A stretch of 64,000 nt of DNA from Nitrospinaceae bacterium (lineage in GTDB: Bacteria > Nitrospinota > Nitrospinia > Nitrospinales > VA-1), in contig JBHHVU010000005.1 in the NCBI GenBank assembly GCA_046754465.1, positions 33,243 through 97,242 on the forward strand, written 5' to 3'. Each line of letters opens with the position of its first letter. The stretch's first letter is position 1. The position numbers were made by a program, and so were the translations under genes. This document shows positions 40,990 to 51,168 of this stretch, in pieces. Below the pieces are notes generated by a model. It was not told where the DNA came from and ran no database searches. It worked only from the letters and a program-made list of their open reading frames with translations.

Positions 40990-43164
40990 CTAATTCAAGG
41001 AGTAACTCTTGTAGTTTTCAGCCAGTTCCCGGACCTTGCCGATATTTCCCGTCGGGTATTTACACACGTTATTTTCACAGACAAAAACAGTGGTTTTGCC
41101 TTTGGCGGTCATTTTATCTTCCAGAATGGGCAGGAGGGTCTTGGCATTGGGGGGGGAGTAGGCAAGGACCTTGTTGGGAATAAACCGGGTGCGCAGCATT
41201 TGAAGAATGGCTTTTTTGCCGGCCGAATCCCTTGGACCTAGAACGGCGATCTCCTTGGACCGGTCCAGATAATAATCGAGAGCGATCAGCATTTGCGAGA
41301 AAGCCCCGGGAAACCGGCTCAATGGGTTTGCCACCACGGCCAGGACTTTTTTTGCCTTTTTTTCATACTCCTTGTCAAAGGTGAAATCATAAAGCCGGAG
41401 AAGATTCAAAACAGACACGGCATTGCTGTTCGGTCTCGCGCCGTCAGCGAACTCTTTCTTGCGGGCCAGCAGATGGTTGCCATTTTTCGCACCCAGGAAA
41501 TACCCCCCCGCCTCCGCGTCCCAAAAACGCCGGTCCTGGGTTTCCTGCAGGCGGCGGGCCCACTGGATCCACCCTTCGTCAAAATCGGCTTCATAAAGCG
41601 TGAGCAAGCTCTGGATCAGATAGGCGTAGTCGTCCAGGGACGCGGGATGCATGGCTTCCCCGAGACGGTACCTGCGTATCAACGCCTTCTTCCGGTAAAG
41701 ATGATCTTTAATGAAACGGGCCGCGCCCTGGGCGGCGGCCAGGTACCTTGGGTCACCCAGCACCTGGTAGGCCTTCGCCATGGACGCGATCATCAGACCG
41801 TTCCAGGCCGTGAGAATCTTATCGTCCTTAAAGGGGTGGACCCTTTTTTCCCGGACCGCGAAAAGCTTGCGCTGGAGGGATTTCGCCAACGGTCCGTTCT
41901 TGACTTTCCAGGGGAATTTTTCCCGGAGGTTAAGAATATTTTCTCCCTTTTCCCCGTCCCCGAAATTTCCCTCCGCCGTGACCCCGTAAATTTTCACCAC
42001 GTGATCCAATTCCTTCGCCGTCAAAATCTTTTTCAGTTCGTCCAGGGACCAGACATAGAAGGCTCCTTCCCTTCCCGCGCTGTCCGCGTCTTCGGCGGAG
42101 AAAAAACCGCCGCTCTTTGCCGTCATATCCCGCAAAACGTAATCCAGAATTCCCCGCGCCACGGATTCATAAAATTCGTTGCCCGTCGCCTGAAACGCTT
42201 CCAGGTAAACCATCGACAAACTGGCCTGGTCATATAGCATTTTTTCGAAATGCGGGACCAGCCAGACCCGGTCCGTCGAATAGCGGTGAAACCCGCCTCC
42301 CACATGATCATGGATGCCGCCCCGGGCCATGTGTTTGAGCGTGGACTCCACCATCTCCAGCGCGTGTTTGTTCCCCGTCCGGCGGGCGATACGCAAAAGG
42401 ACCTTTAATTTCATGTTGGGGGGAAACTTGGGAGCCCGGCCGAATCCGCCGGTTTCGGGATCAAAGGTTTTGCTAAAGCCGCGGTAGGTTTTTTTGAAAA
42501 TCTCTTCGTCCAGAACGATATTGCCGGAAGATATTTTCGGACGGCTGTCGATAAATTTCCGCACCTCCCTGCCGATGGCCCGGACTTTTTCCGGTTCCTT
42601 TTCCCACGCGGTGCGCAGGGTGGTGACAATCTTTATCAAATCATTGCGCGGGAAATAGGTTCCCCCGAAAAAGGGCACGAGGTCCGGGGTCAGCACCAGG
42701 GTCATCGGCCACCCCCCCCTTCCGGTCATGGCCTGAACCACACTCATATACAAATGGTCCACATCCGGAAGCTCCTCCCGGTCCACCTTGATGCAGATGT
42801 ACCCGGCGTTCAGCAATTTCGCGACTTCCGGGTTTTCAAACGATTCCTTTTCCATGACATGGCACCAGTGGCAGGTGGAATAACCGATGCTGAGGAAAAT
42901 GGGTTTGTTCTGCGCCCTGGCGGCGGCGAAGGCCTCTTCGCCCCAGGGGTACCAGTTAACCGGGTTGTGCGCGTGTTGCTGAAGATACGGGCTTTTCTCG
43001 TGAATCAGCCGGTTGTAGGCTTTCCCGGAACTGGGGAGGGACTTGGAGGAACCGGCGCCGTTTTCTTCCCCGGCGAGGCCGGGGGCGGGCCAGACGAGAC
43101 ACAGGATCAGTAAAACAATCGTCTGCACGGTCCCCAAATGTGTGCCGCGTTCCTTCATCGGCAA
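40990..43164 (-). CDS. Thioredoxin-domain protein YyaL/SSP411 (DUF255 plus six-hairpin glycosidase-like), with signal peptide
   Basis: [55 protein letters not shown]. Confidence 0.9.
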   Translation of the reverse strand: MPMKERGTHLGTVQTIVLLILCLVWPAPGLAGEENGAGSSKSLPSSGKAYNRLIHEKSPYLQQHAHNPVNWYPWGEEAFAAARAQNKPIFLSIGYSTCHWCHVMEKESFENPEVAKLLNAGYICIKVDREELPDVDHLYMSVVQAMTGRGGWPMTLVLTPDLVPFFGGTYFPRNDLIKIVTTLRTAWEKEPEKVRAIGREVRKFIDSRPKISSGNIVLDEEIFKKTYRGFSKTFDPETGGFGRAPKFPPNMKLKVLLRIARRTGNKHALEMVESTLKHMARGGIHDHVGGGFHRYSTDRVWLVPHFEKMLYDQASLSMVYLEAFQATGNEFYESVARGILDYVLRDMTAKSGGFFSAEDADSAGREGAFYVWSLDELKKILTAKELDHVVKIYGVTAEGNFGDGEKGENILNLREKFPWKVKNGPLAKSLQRKLFAVREKRVHPFKDDKILTAWNGLMIASMAKAYQVLGDPRYLAAAQGAARFIKDHLYRKKALIRRYRLGEAMHPASLDDYAYLIQSLLTLYEADFDEGWIQWARRLQETQDRRFWDAEAGGYFLGAKNGNHLLARKKEFADGARPNSNAVSVLNLLRLYDFTFDKEYEKKAKKVLAVVANPLSRFPGAFSQMLIALDYYLDRSKEIAVLGPRDSAGKKAILQMLRTRFIPNKVLAYSPPNAKTLLPILEDKMTAKGKTTVFVCENNVCKYPTGNIGKVRELAENYKSYSLN

Positions 43165-43258
43165 GGAGTCCCCCTGTAAAAGTATCGATTTTAAAAGTCT
43201 ATCACATTGGGCGGAAACATGGCAAAACCGGCCGGGTGGAAAAATCTACAAACGGGAT

Positions 43259-45217
43259 TCATCCCGCCGCCGGTTCGCCGGACAACCGCTCAATCGATTC
43301 GTGCACCTCGTCCCATTCCCGCAAAAGGTTCTCTTCTTGGCAGACCAACTCCTTGTGCCGTTCCAGGGTTTTTAACAGGCGGGTCTTCTGGTCTTCCCGA
43401 TGAATGTCCTGCCGGGCGAGCTCAAGTTCGGTCCGTTGTTTCTCATCCATGACCTGTTCCAGGCGTTGCTCCACCTGGGCGAGCCGGGTTTGTAGCGGTT
43501 TGAGTTGACGGTGTCTCTGGTTTCGGATCTCGGCTTCCCGCCTTTTCCGGTCCCGGTCCACCTTCGCGGGAGAATTTTTCTCCTGGAGAGAATCATTGGA
43601 TGGTTCCGCGGATTCGGTTTCCGCCTCGCGGGATTTGGCATATTGGTAATCGCTGTAGTTGCCGGCATATTCCCTGACGGTTTGATCCTCGATTTCCCAG
43701 ACACGGTTGATGATGCCGTCGAGGAAGTAGCGGTCATGGGAAATCGTGCAAAGGGTTCCCTCATAATCCGCGAGGGCGGCGGACAGAATCTCGATGGAAC
43801 GCATGTCCAAATGGTTGGTGGGTTCGTCGAGAAGCAGCAGCGAGGCGGGGGTGGCCAGCATTCGCGCCAGGGCCAGGCGCGACCGCTCCCCACCGGAAAG
43901 AACGGACACCTTCTTGTCCACCTCTTTCCCGGAAAATAAAAACGCGCCCAGGATGTTGTGTTTTTGGGTGCGCGGCAGGTGACCGGCGACCGCCTCCAGG
44001 GATTCCATCACGGTGTGCGAGGGATCCAGGGTTTCATGATGGTGTTGGGCGAACCGGGCCCGGGTGACGTTCGCTCCGACTTTGATCTTCCCCTTTTCAA
44101 AATCGAGGACTCCGGCCATGAGTTTCAACAGCGTCGATTTGCCCGCGCCGTTTTTTCCCACCAGCGCCACTTTCCAACCGCGTTCCAGACGGATGGAAAA
44201 ATTTTTGTAGACCGGGATGGAACCGTAACTCTTATCGATCCCCGAAAGTTCCAGAACGATCCGCCCCGCCCGTTTTGGCTGGGGAAACCGGAAAGCCACC
44301 TTCTTCGTGTGCGTGACCGTCTCCACCCGCTCCATTCGGTCCAGCATTTTGACGCGGCTCTGCACCTGGGTTGCCTTGGTGTTCTTGGCGCGGAACCTGT
44401 CGATGAACCGTTCCACCTGCGCCACCCGCCGGGCCTGGTTCGCGGCGGCGGCTTCCAAACGGATTTCCTGTTCCCGCTTGCCCGTTTCGTAGTCATCATA
44501 ATTCCCCGTGTAACAGGTCAAGGTTGCCCGGCCGAGTTCGGCGATGCGTTCGGCGATACCGTTCAGGAACCGCCGGTCGTGGGAAATCAGAAGGACGCCG
44601 CCCTCATAGGTTTTCAGGAACGATTCCAGCCAGACGGCGGACGTCAGATCGAGATGGTTGGTGGGTTCGTCGAGAAGCAGGACATCGGGATTCTGTAAAA
44701 GGAGCCGGGCCAGTTCCACCCGCATCCGCCAGCCGCCGGAAAATTCCGATACCGGCCGGTCCCATTGTCCGGACAAAAACCCCAGCCCGGACAAAATCGA
44801 TTTGGCCTCCGCCTCGCGCCCATATCCGCCCAAGCGTTCAAACTCGTGCTGGAGTTCCCCATACCGGTGCGTCCAATCGCCGGACCCCTCGCCAGGATGC
44901 CTGGAATCCTGTTCGAGCCGCTCCATTTCCCGGCGCACCTTGTCGAAATGGGCGTCTCCCCGTATCACGCGATCCAGCACGGATTCCTCGACGGATGAAA
45001 GTTCCTGGGCAAGAAGCGCGGCCCGGGCGCCTTTCCGGAGGATCACCTTCCCCGAATCGGCGGATTCCGTCCCGGCGATCACCCGGAACAGGGTGGTCTT
45101 GCCAACACCGTTTTCTCCCACCAGTCCCACTTTTTCGTTGGGCCGGAGATGGAAATTGATCTCCTCGAACAAAATTTTTCCGCCGTATCCCTTGCTCAGG
45201 TTTTGCAGGTAGATCAT
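43259..45217 (-). CDS. ABC-F family ATP-binding protein (ribosome-associated, YheS/Uup-like)
   Basis: Two ABC domains (GENGVGKTT/FSGGW/DEPTNHLD and GKNGAGKST/LSGGE/DEPTNHLD), no TM segments, C-terminal coiled coil. Confidence 0.92.
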   Translation of the reverse strand: MIYLQNLSKGYGGKILFEEINFHLRPNEKVGLVGENGVGKTTLFRVIAGTESADSGKVILRKGARAALLAQELSSVEESVLDRVIRGDAHFDKVRREMERLEQDSRHPGEGSGDWTHRYGELQHEFERLGGYGREAEAKSILSGLGFLSGQWDRPVSEFSGGWRMRVELARLLLQNPDVLLLDEPTNHLDLTSAVWLESFLKTYEGGVLLISHDRRFLNGIAERIAELGRATLTCYTGNYDDYETGKREQEIRLEAAAANQARRVAQVERFIDRFRAKNTKATQVQSRVKMLDRMERVETVTHTKKVAFRFPQPKRAGRIVLELSGIDKSYGSIPVYKNFSIRLERGWKVALVGKNGAGKSTLLKLMAGVLDFEKGKIKVGANVTRARFAQHHHETLDPSHTVMESLEAVAGHLPRTQKHNILGAFLFSGKEVDKKVSVLSGGERSRLALARMLATPASLLLLDEPTNHLDMRSIEILSAALADYEGTLCTISHDRYFLDGIINRVWEIEDQTVREYAGNYSDYQYAKSREAETESAEPSNDSLQEKNSPAKVDRDRKRREAEIRNQRHRQLKPLQTRLAQVEQRLEQVMDEKQRTELELARQDIHREDQKTRLLKTLERHKELVCQEENLLREWDEVHESIERLSGEPAAG

Positions 45218-45263
45218 GGATGTTGGTTTCTCCCGTTATCCGCCGGGCCGGTGCGGAAAATTT

Positions 45264-46235
45264 TCAATGTTGCTCACGTAGTTTGGGATTGAAGGCTTCC
45301 CGCAAACCTTCCCCGCACAAGTTGAACGCCAGCACGACAAACAGGATGGTCATTCCGGGAATGAAGGTGAGCCAGGGGGCGTCGAAGATGAATTGCTTGC
45401 CGTCGGCCAGGATATTGCCCCAGGTGGCGTCCGGCGGCTGCACCCCGAACCCCAGAAAGCTCAAACTGGACTCGGTGAGGATGGCCGTGGCCACCCCGAT
45501 GGTGGCCGAAACCAGCACCGGCGCGATGGCGTTGGGAACCATGTGAATAAAAATGATTCTCCATTCCGGAATCGCCTGGCTGCGGGCCGCCTGCACGAAA
45601 TCCTGGTCGCGGAGGGATAAAAATTCCGCGCGCACGAACCGGGCCGTCCCCATCCAGCTCGTCAGGCCGATGACGATCATGATGTTGTATATGCTGGGAG
45701 GCAAAAGCGCCACCACAGTCAGGATCAGAAAAAATGTGGGGAAACAGAGCATGATATCGACGAATCGCATGATGAGCGTGTCCACGGTGATGAATCCCAG
45801 TTTCTTGCGTCCATAATATCCCGCGATGCCGCCAAAAAAAACACCCACCGTCACCGAAATTCCCACCGCAATAAACCCGACGGACAGGGAAACGGAGGTC
45901 CCCTCAAGCATCCGGGCAAACACGTCGCGGCCCAATTCATCGGTTCCCATCAGGTAAATGCCAAAGGCCGGCGCGTCTTCCCTGGGCGTGATTTCACTGG
46001 TAAACCGGGTGAGAGGCGGGAGGAATTTTTCCGAAAGCCGCACGACCTTGGGATCGAACACAATGAGGTACTGGGTCAAAATTTTCCCGGCCACCGCCAC
46101 CACCAAAAGAAACACCAGGAACCAGAAACTCGCGTAAGCCATCCGGTCGCGCTTCATGATTTCCCACCGTTCCCGGAACAGACCAACCGAGGGGGTCAGG
46201 GCATCGGCATCGATGATTGCGGCCTGTTGGTTCAT
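45264..46235 (-). CDS. Peptide/nickel ABC transporter permease (OppC/DppC type)
   Basis: GTDELGRD, AR.VR, FVQAARSQ (EAA loop), H..PN, ESSLSFLGFG, GEGLREAFNP. Confidence 0.92.
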   Translation of the reverse strand: MNQQAAIIDADALTPSVGLFRERWEIMKRDRMAYASFWFLVFLLVVAVAGKILTQYLIVFDPKVVRLSEKFLPPLTRFTSEITPREDAPAFGIYLMGTDELGRDVFARMLEGTSVSLSVGFIAVGISVTVGVFFGGIAGYYGRKKLGFITVDTLIMRFVDIMLCFPTFFLILTVVALLPPSIYNIMIVIGLTSWMGTARFVRAEFLSLRDQDFVQAARSQAIPEWRIIFIHMVPNAIAPVLVSATIGVATAILTESSLSFLGFGVQPPDATWGNILADGKQFIFDAPWLTFIPGMTILFVVLAFNLCGEGLREAFNPKLREQH

Positions 46236-46245
46236 GTCCGCCTCC

Positions 46246-47205
46246 CTAGAATTTGATGCGGGGGTCTGCCACCGCGTACAATATGTCCGAAATCAAGGTG
46301 CCCACCAGGACGAGGACCGCTGAAATAAAATTCAAGGTGAGTATGACTGGGAAATCCCGCGCCAGGATGGCCTCGTACCCCAGCCGCCCCATTCCCGGCC
46401 AGGCGAAGATCGTTTCGAAAATCACCGATCCTCCGATCAACCCCGGAATCGTCAACCCGAACATGGTGATGAACGGCAGCAGGGCGTTGCGGAGCCCGTG
46501 CCGGTAAATCACGACATCCTGGGACAACCCCTTGGCCCGCGCTGTTCGGATGTAATCCTGATTGATCACTTCCAGCATTTGCGACCGCACATAACGGGAC
46601 AGAATCGCGGTTCCGGCAATGGCGGACATCAACGCCGGAATGGTCAAATGCCAGATTCGGTCCATCGACCGGAACAACAGCTTGGAATCTTCCAGACCGA
46701 AGGTCCGCATGCCGATGACCGGGACGTCGAAGGTTTTCACCATGAAGATAATGACAATATAAGAAAGGAAAAATCCTGGGATCGAAATCATCGCGTAAGA
46801 CAGGAACGTCCCCGACTTGTCGAAAAGGGAGCCCCGCTTCAGGGCCGCCTGGATGCCGACGGGAAAGGCCAGGAACCAGGTGATGAGCGTCCCCACGAGA
46901 AACAGGGGAAGGGAATTGAGAAACCGGTCCCATATTTTCCGGAGAACTGGCTGACTGTCCTTGAACGATTTCAGTTCGCCGGTGAAGAGGTCCTTCATCC
47001 AATAAAGGTATTGGATGTGGAGCGGTTCGTCCAAATGAAAGGCCGCGCGGATGCGCTGGATATCCTCCGGCTTCATCCGCGGATTGGATGGATCGACCAG
47101 GCTGGGCTCTCCCGGGGCCAGATGGACGATGGCATGCGAAATGATCGATATAAAAAACAAAAGGACGATCCGCTGTCCCAGGTTTTTAATTATAAATTGG
47201 GTCAT
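46246..47205 (-). CDS. Peptide/nickel ABC transporter permease (OppB/DppB type)
   Basis: PG.P, LD.P...QY, DYIRTARAKG, H.LRNALLP, ETIFAWPGMG, RDFP, DPRI. Confidence 0.92.
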   Translation of the reverse strand: MTQFIIKNLGQRIVLLFFISIISHAIVHLAPGEPSLVDPSNPRMKPEDIQRIRAAFHLDEPLHIQYLYWMKDLFTGELKSFKDSQPVLRKIWDRFLNSLPLFLVGTLITWFLAFPVGIQAALKRGSLFDKSGTFLSYAMISIPGFFLSYIVIIFMVKTFDVPVIGMRTFGLEDSKLLFRSMDRIWHLTIPALMSAIAGTAILSRYVRSQMLEVINQDYIRTARAKGLSQDVVIYRHGLRNALLPFITMFGLTIPGLIGGSVIFETIFAWPGMGRLGYEAILARDFPVILTLNFISAVLVLVGTLISDILYAVADPRIKF

Positions 47206-47292
47206 CGTCTGTGGACACGATTCTTTTCTTCATGATCGGAGCCCCGCGAATTTTTTTTATCAACCCCGGAATTCTCCGTTATACTCCCCTGC

Positions 47293-48042
47293 ATGGATAT
47301 TTTACAACTCAGTCATTATCTGGACAACCTGCTGGATACCGGAACGGTCAAGGATTCTCCGAATGCCCTCAACGGGCTCCAGGTGCAAAACACGGGGGAG
47401 ATTCGAAAAATCGGTTTGGCGGTGGATTTGTGCATGAAGACCATCGAAATGGCCGTCGCGGAAAAGTGTAACATGATGTTCGTTCACCACGGAATGTTTT
47501 GGGGAGGATTGCAGCCGGTGCGGGGCAATCTCTATGAAAAACTTTCGACCCTGATTCGGGCCAACGTCGGGCTTTATTCGGCCCACATTCCCCTGGACAT
47601 GCACCCGGTCCTGGGAAACAACCGGACCCTCGCCAACCTGATCGGATTGGAACATCTTGAACCTTTCGGGGAGTACGGGGGTGAGAAAATCGGCTTGAAA
47701 GGACGAATCGCGCCGCAATCCGCGGAATCACTCGGGAAACTCCTGGAAAACGAACTGGACACGCGGGTCCGCGTCATCGGGGAAAAGGAAGTGAGGACCG
47801 TGGGACTGGTCACCGGCGGCGCGGCGGATATCCTTCGTCAGGCCAAGGCGGAACAGCTCGACTGCTTCATCACGGGGGAAGGCGCCAATCACCACTTTCA
47901 CGAGGCCGTGGAAGGCGACTGTGTGCTGATGCTGGCAGGACACTACGCTACCGAAACGGGGGGCGTGCGGGCGGTGGGCCGGCACCTCGAGGAAAAATTC
48001 AACCTGGAATCCCGGTTCCTGGATCACCCCACCGGCATGTGA
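47293..48042 (+). CDS. Nif3-like dinuclear metal centre protein (YbgI family)
   Basis: NGLQV, VHHGMFW, LY.AH.PLD.HP..GNN, ITGE, AGHYATE. Confidence 0.92.
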   Translation: MDILQLSHYLDNLLDTGTVKDSPNALNGLQVQNTGEIRKIGLAVDLCMKTIEMAVAEKCNMMFVHHGMFWGGLQPVRGNLYEKLSTLIRANVGLYSAHIPLDMHPVLGNNRTLANLIGLEHLEPFGEYGGEKIGLKGRIAPQSAESLGKLLENELDTRVRVIGEKEVRTVGLVTGGAADILRQAKAEQLDCFITGEGANHHFHEAVEGDCVLMLAGHYATETGGVRAVGRHLEEKFNLESRFLDHPTGM

Positions 48043-49916
48043 TCCCTCGCCCCCGACGCAAGGTCCTTGACCGGTTGAGGAGACTCTCGTCCCTTGCCGG
48101 GAAACACAAACCTCCATCCCACCTTCAAAATCACCCGGATGACGCCGGCGGCTGCCCGAAAGAGGGTAGGGAAATAATGATGCAACTGATGCCAGTAATG
48201 ACTGAGTTTTCCTTTTTTCTGGAAGAGGAACATCAGCGCGTTGGCGTCGGTCACGTTGATGGCGCGGTGGAGGTAATCGAAGTCGTCGAGGGTCACCGTC
48301 AACAGCCGCCCATCCTTCTTTTCGTAGGGGCAAACTTTCAGGCGGACCTCATCTTTCTTTAGATGGAAGGACATCACGAAGGAACTATCTTCGCTGACGC
48401 GGTACCTTAACTTGAAGGTGGGGAAGAAAAATTGATAAACCCTCCCCAGGAGTCCTGCTTGCTGTCTCTTGCAAAACCTGCCGAAAGTGGCCTCGAAGAA
48501 GGTCCGGATAAATTCGTTTCTTGTGCCCAGACCCCTTTCGGTCTGGACATCCAAAAAATACAGCATCATCAACGTCGTATAACCCAACTGAAAAATGAAG
48601 AAGGGAATGTTCCTTTGCCGCTCAAAAATGTAGGGGAAACCCCACGTGACCCCGTAACAGTAAGACATGAGGTTGCGCAATTCCGAGCGCTTGAGTTTTT
48701 CCAGATGAACCACGGTGCCAAAATTGCAATAACAGTCCCAGTCGAAGGATTCGATTAGTTTTTTGCCGTAATACTCACGATAGATCTGGGTTCCCGGATA
48801 AGGCGTCATCACGAAATAGAACGCGCGTTGGTTGATACCCATTCGAAGGGCGAACTCGGGGTATTTTTTTATATCCGCTTCCGTTTCATGGGGGTGACCG
48901 ATGATGAAGAATCCTTCCACATGCATCCCCGCATCCTGGACAAGACGGACCGCCTTCTCGTGTTTGGTCACAGACCCGCCTTTTTTGAGTCTCTTGAACG
49001 TTTCCGGGTCGGGGCTTTCTATCCCGATCTGGATTTTCTCGAACCCAATGCGCCGTAAATCCTTCATCAGATGCGCACAACGGATTACGTCATCGGAGCG
49101 GGATTCGGTAATGATGCGGAAATTGGTCAGGTTGCGTTTGAACATCAACTGAATGATCGCCTCCACCCTCTTGGGATCGAACAGGAAAATAGAATCCCAA
49201 AACTTGACGATTTTTCGGATGTTCTTGTCGTGGACCTGCTCCAACTCCTCGACAAAGTGTTCCGGACTCCGGGCCCGGAAAGCTTTATTGACCGTGTCGT
49301 TGGCGCAGAAGGTACATTTGGCGATGCATCCCCGGGAGCTGTATAAGCTGTCGATGGTATATTGGTCCCCTTTTTGACCAAAACGGGGGGGACGGATTTT
49401 TCTCAGGGGTTGGGGAAGGGTGTCCAGGTCGGCAATCAGGGGCCGGTCCGGGTTGTGGATGGGCTCTCCATTCTGTTCATAAGACAAGCCCAAAACACTT
49501 TGGCTGGGACCGTGTAAAATCAGGTCCTTGAAGGTGAGGTCCCCCTCGCCCCGAACCACCGCGTCCACATTAGGGTCGGCGAGCACGTCATCCGTCAGGG
49601 CGGTGGCGTGGTAGCCTCCCATCACCACATAGGCGCCAGCCTTCCGCGCCAGGCTGGCAAATTTCCTCGCACTGATATACCCGGCTGTCATTGAGGAGAT
49701 GCCGACGAAATCGAACCTTTCCCTCTTCAGCCGTTTCTCGAAAGTTTTGAAAGGATTCCTGGTATAAGGACTCACCGGAATGCTGACGTATTCCACGTCA
49801 TTTTCGATGGCGGCCCCCAGGTAGCAGATCTCCGTGAGGTCGGAGGCGTAGGTGTGTTCCGGCGGTTCCAGCTTCTGGTGAGATTTTAACAGCGCAATCC
49901 GCTTAAAATAACTCAC
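48024..49916 (-). CDS. Cobalamin-binding radical SAM protein with long C-terminal extension
   Basis: B12-binding region (VGIS, GGYHAT, VRGEG), SRGCIAKCTFC, GIES, FIIG.P.ET, TPYPGT. Likely GTG start at 49916 after SD GGAGG; 3' end overlaps the nif3 stop. Confidence 0.88.
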   Translation of the reverse strand: MSYFKRIALLKSHQKLEPPEHTYASDLTEICYLGAAIENDVEYVSIPVSPYTRNPFKTFEKRLKRERFDFVGISSMTAGYISARKFASLARKAGAYVVMGGYHATALTDDVLADPNVDAVVRGEGDLTFKDLILHGPSQSVLGLSYEQNGEPIHNPDRPLIADLDTLPQPLRKIRPPRFGQKGDQYTIDSLYSSRGCIAKCTFCANDTVNKAFRARSPEHFVEELEQVHDKNIRKIVKFWDSIFLFDPKRVEAIIQLMFKRNLTNFRIITESRSDDVIRCAHLMKDLRRIGFEKIQIGIESPDPETFKRLKKGGSVTKHEKAVRLVQDAGMHVEGFFIIGHPHETEADIKKYPEFALRMGINQRAFYFVMTPYPGTQIYREYYGKKLIESFDWDCYCNFGTVVHLEKLKRSELRNLMSYCYGVTWGFPYIFERQRNIPFFIFQLGYTTLMMLYFLDVQTERGLGTRNEFIRTFFEATFGRFCKRQQAGLLGRVYQFFFPTFKLRYRVSEDSSFVMSFHLKKDEVRLKVCPYEKKDGRLLTVTLDDFDYLHRAINVTDANALMFLFQKKGKLSHYWHQLHHYFPTLFRAAAGVIRVILKVGWRFVFPGKGRESPQPVKDLASGARDHMPVG

Positions 49917-49950
49917 TGACTCCCCTCCCAAATACCTTTTGCTGAGGGAA

Positions 49951-49979
49951 ATCCTAGCGGGTCAAAAGGAACCTGTCAA
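49951..49979 (-). promoter_or_regulatory. Sigma70-type promoter of the B12 radical SAM gene
   Basis: Minus strand TTGACA-N17-TAGGAT. Confidence 0.65.
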
Positions 49980-50194
49980 CATTTCAATGAATGCGGGACC
50001 ACGACAAGACTCTTTTCCGTGATTGGAACCGGAATCCGGGGCGCTCCGCTTGCTCAGCGGGACTTGCAGGATTTTTTGATTCGAACGGGGCTGGGTTGCG
50101 GCAACCGTTTCCAGACAAAAATCAACGCACCCAACAGACTGAGTCCCGCGGGGAAAATCCATTCCGAATTGACAGGCATAAACCCACCTCGCTG

Positions 50195-51025
50195 TTAAAA
50201 TGTGAACCGGTACTTATGAAACAACTCCAGAGTGACTTCGTTTTTCCCTTCCTTTTGCACCTCCTGCTCGATCCGTTTGATCGCCATGTTCCGGATGAAG
50301 GGAATGGGAATGCGCTTGACTTTATCCAACGCGTCCGCGTGCCAATGCAATTCCATTTCGGGAGGCTGTTCTTTTTCCTGTTCTATCTGTTCATCGCGCT
50401 TTAAATCTTCCTCGGTCACCTCCATGCCCATGGCTTCCTTGGCCGAGGCGGGCATGATATTGGTGAACACCTCCTCGATAATCCCCGGAGTGACCATTTT
50501 ATCCCCGCGCTGCCGGGCCCGGGCCTCGATGGTCTGCTTCGCCATGCCCAGGACGAAGGGGGGAACTTTTTCCATTTTTTCCAGCGCTTCCTTGCTCCAG
50601 GGCATGCCCTGGGTGGGCACCACATCCATATAATTTTTGAATTTTTTGATGATATCGTCCTTCTTCTCCGTCCGCAGGGCCAGGAAATCCTCGATCTCTT
50701 CGATCACCTCCACCTTGCGGGGGCTCCCCTTCATCTTTTCCTTGGCCTGCTCGAACGCGCCCATGGACAACTCTTCGAATCCGAATTGTTTGACGCGCTT
50801 GGAAACAAGCATCATCGATTCATTGCGGATCTCGGTCAGAAAATCGGAGGTAATGAATTTGTATCCGCGTTTGACCGCCCGCTGGACCATCAGTTTCCGG
50901 ATTCCGGGGCGGACGAATTCCGGCGCGTGCTTGACCCGGTCCCAGGCTTCCAGGGTCCACTCGACGCCATTTTCCCTGGCGTAGGGATGATCGATCTTTT
51001 CCACTTGGGTATTTTTTTCGCTCAT
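50195..51025 (-). CDS. Protein of three PCP_red (ChlB/BchB C-terminal-like) domains
   Basis: Three copies of W..EA......P.F.......E..A...G...IT: WTLEAWDRVKHAPEFVR, WSKEALEKMEKVPPFVL and WHADALDKVKRIPIPFIR. Start taken at MSEK (51025). Confidence 0.8.
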   Translation of the reverse strand: MSEKNTQVEKIDHPYARENGVEWTLEAWDRVKHAPEFVRPGIRKLMVQRAVKRGYKFITSDFLTEIRNESMMLVSKRVKQFGFEELSMGAFEQAKEKMKGSPRKVEVIEEIEDFLALRTEKKDDIIKKFKNYMDVVPTQGMPWSKEALEKMEKVPPFVLGMAKQTIEARARQRGDKMVTPGIIEEVFTNIMPASAKEAMGMEVTEEDLKRDEQIEQEKEQPPEMELHWHADALDKVKRIPIPFIRNMAIKRIEQEVQKEGKNEVTLELFHKYRFTF

Positions 51026-51089
51026 GGCTGTTGGGCTTGTTCCGGCCGGGAGATATTTTCTCAGGGTTATCAAGGATTTCCTTTCTTAA

Positions 51090-51118
51090 AAACTACTTGA
51101 TGGATGACGCCTTGTCAA
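51090..51118 (-). promoter_or_regulatory. Sigma70-type promoter of the PCP_red gene
   Basis: Minus strand TTGACA-N17-TAGTTT. Confidence 0.6.
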
Positions 51119-51168
51119 TTTTTTTGCGGGGTTTTAAAACGCCGCCGCCTGGGGTATAAAATATTACG

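Noticed and set aside
49980..50194. Possible cobalamin riboswitch upstream of the B12 radical SAM gene
   Set aside because: No B12-box motifs, and the predicted promoter lies downstream of this spacer, leaving only a short leader.
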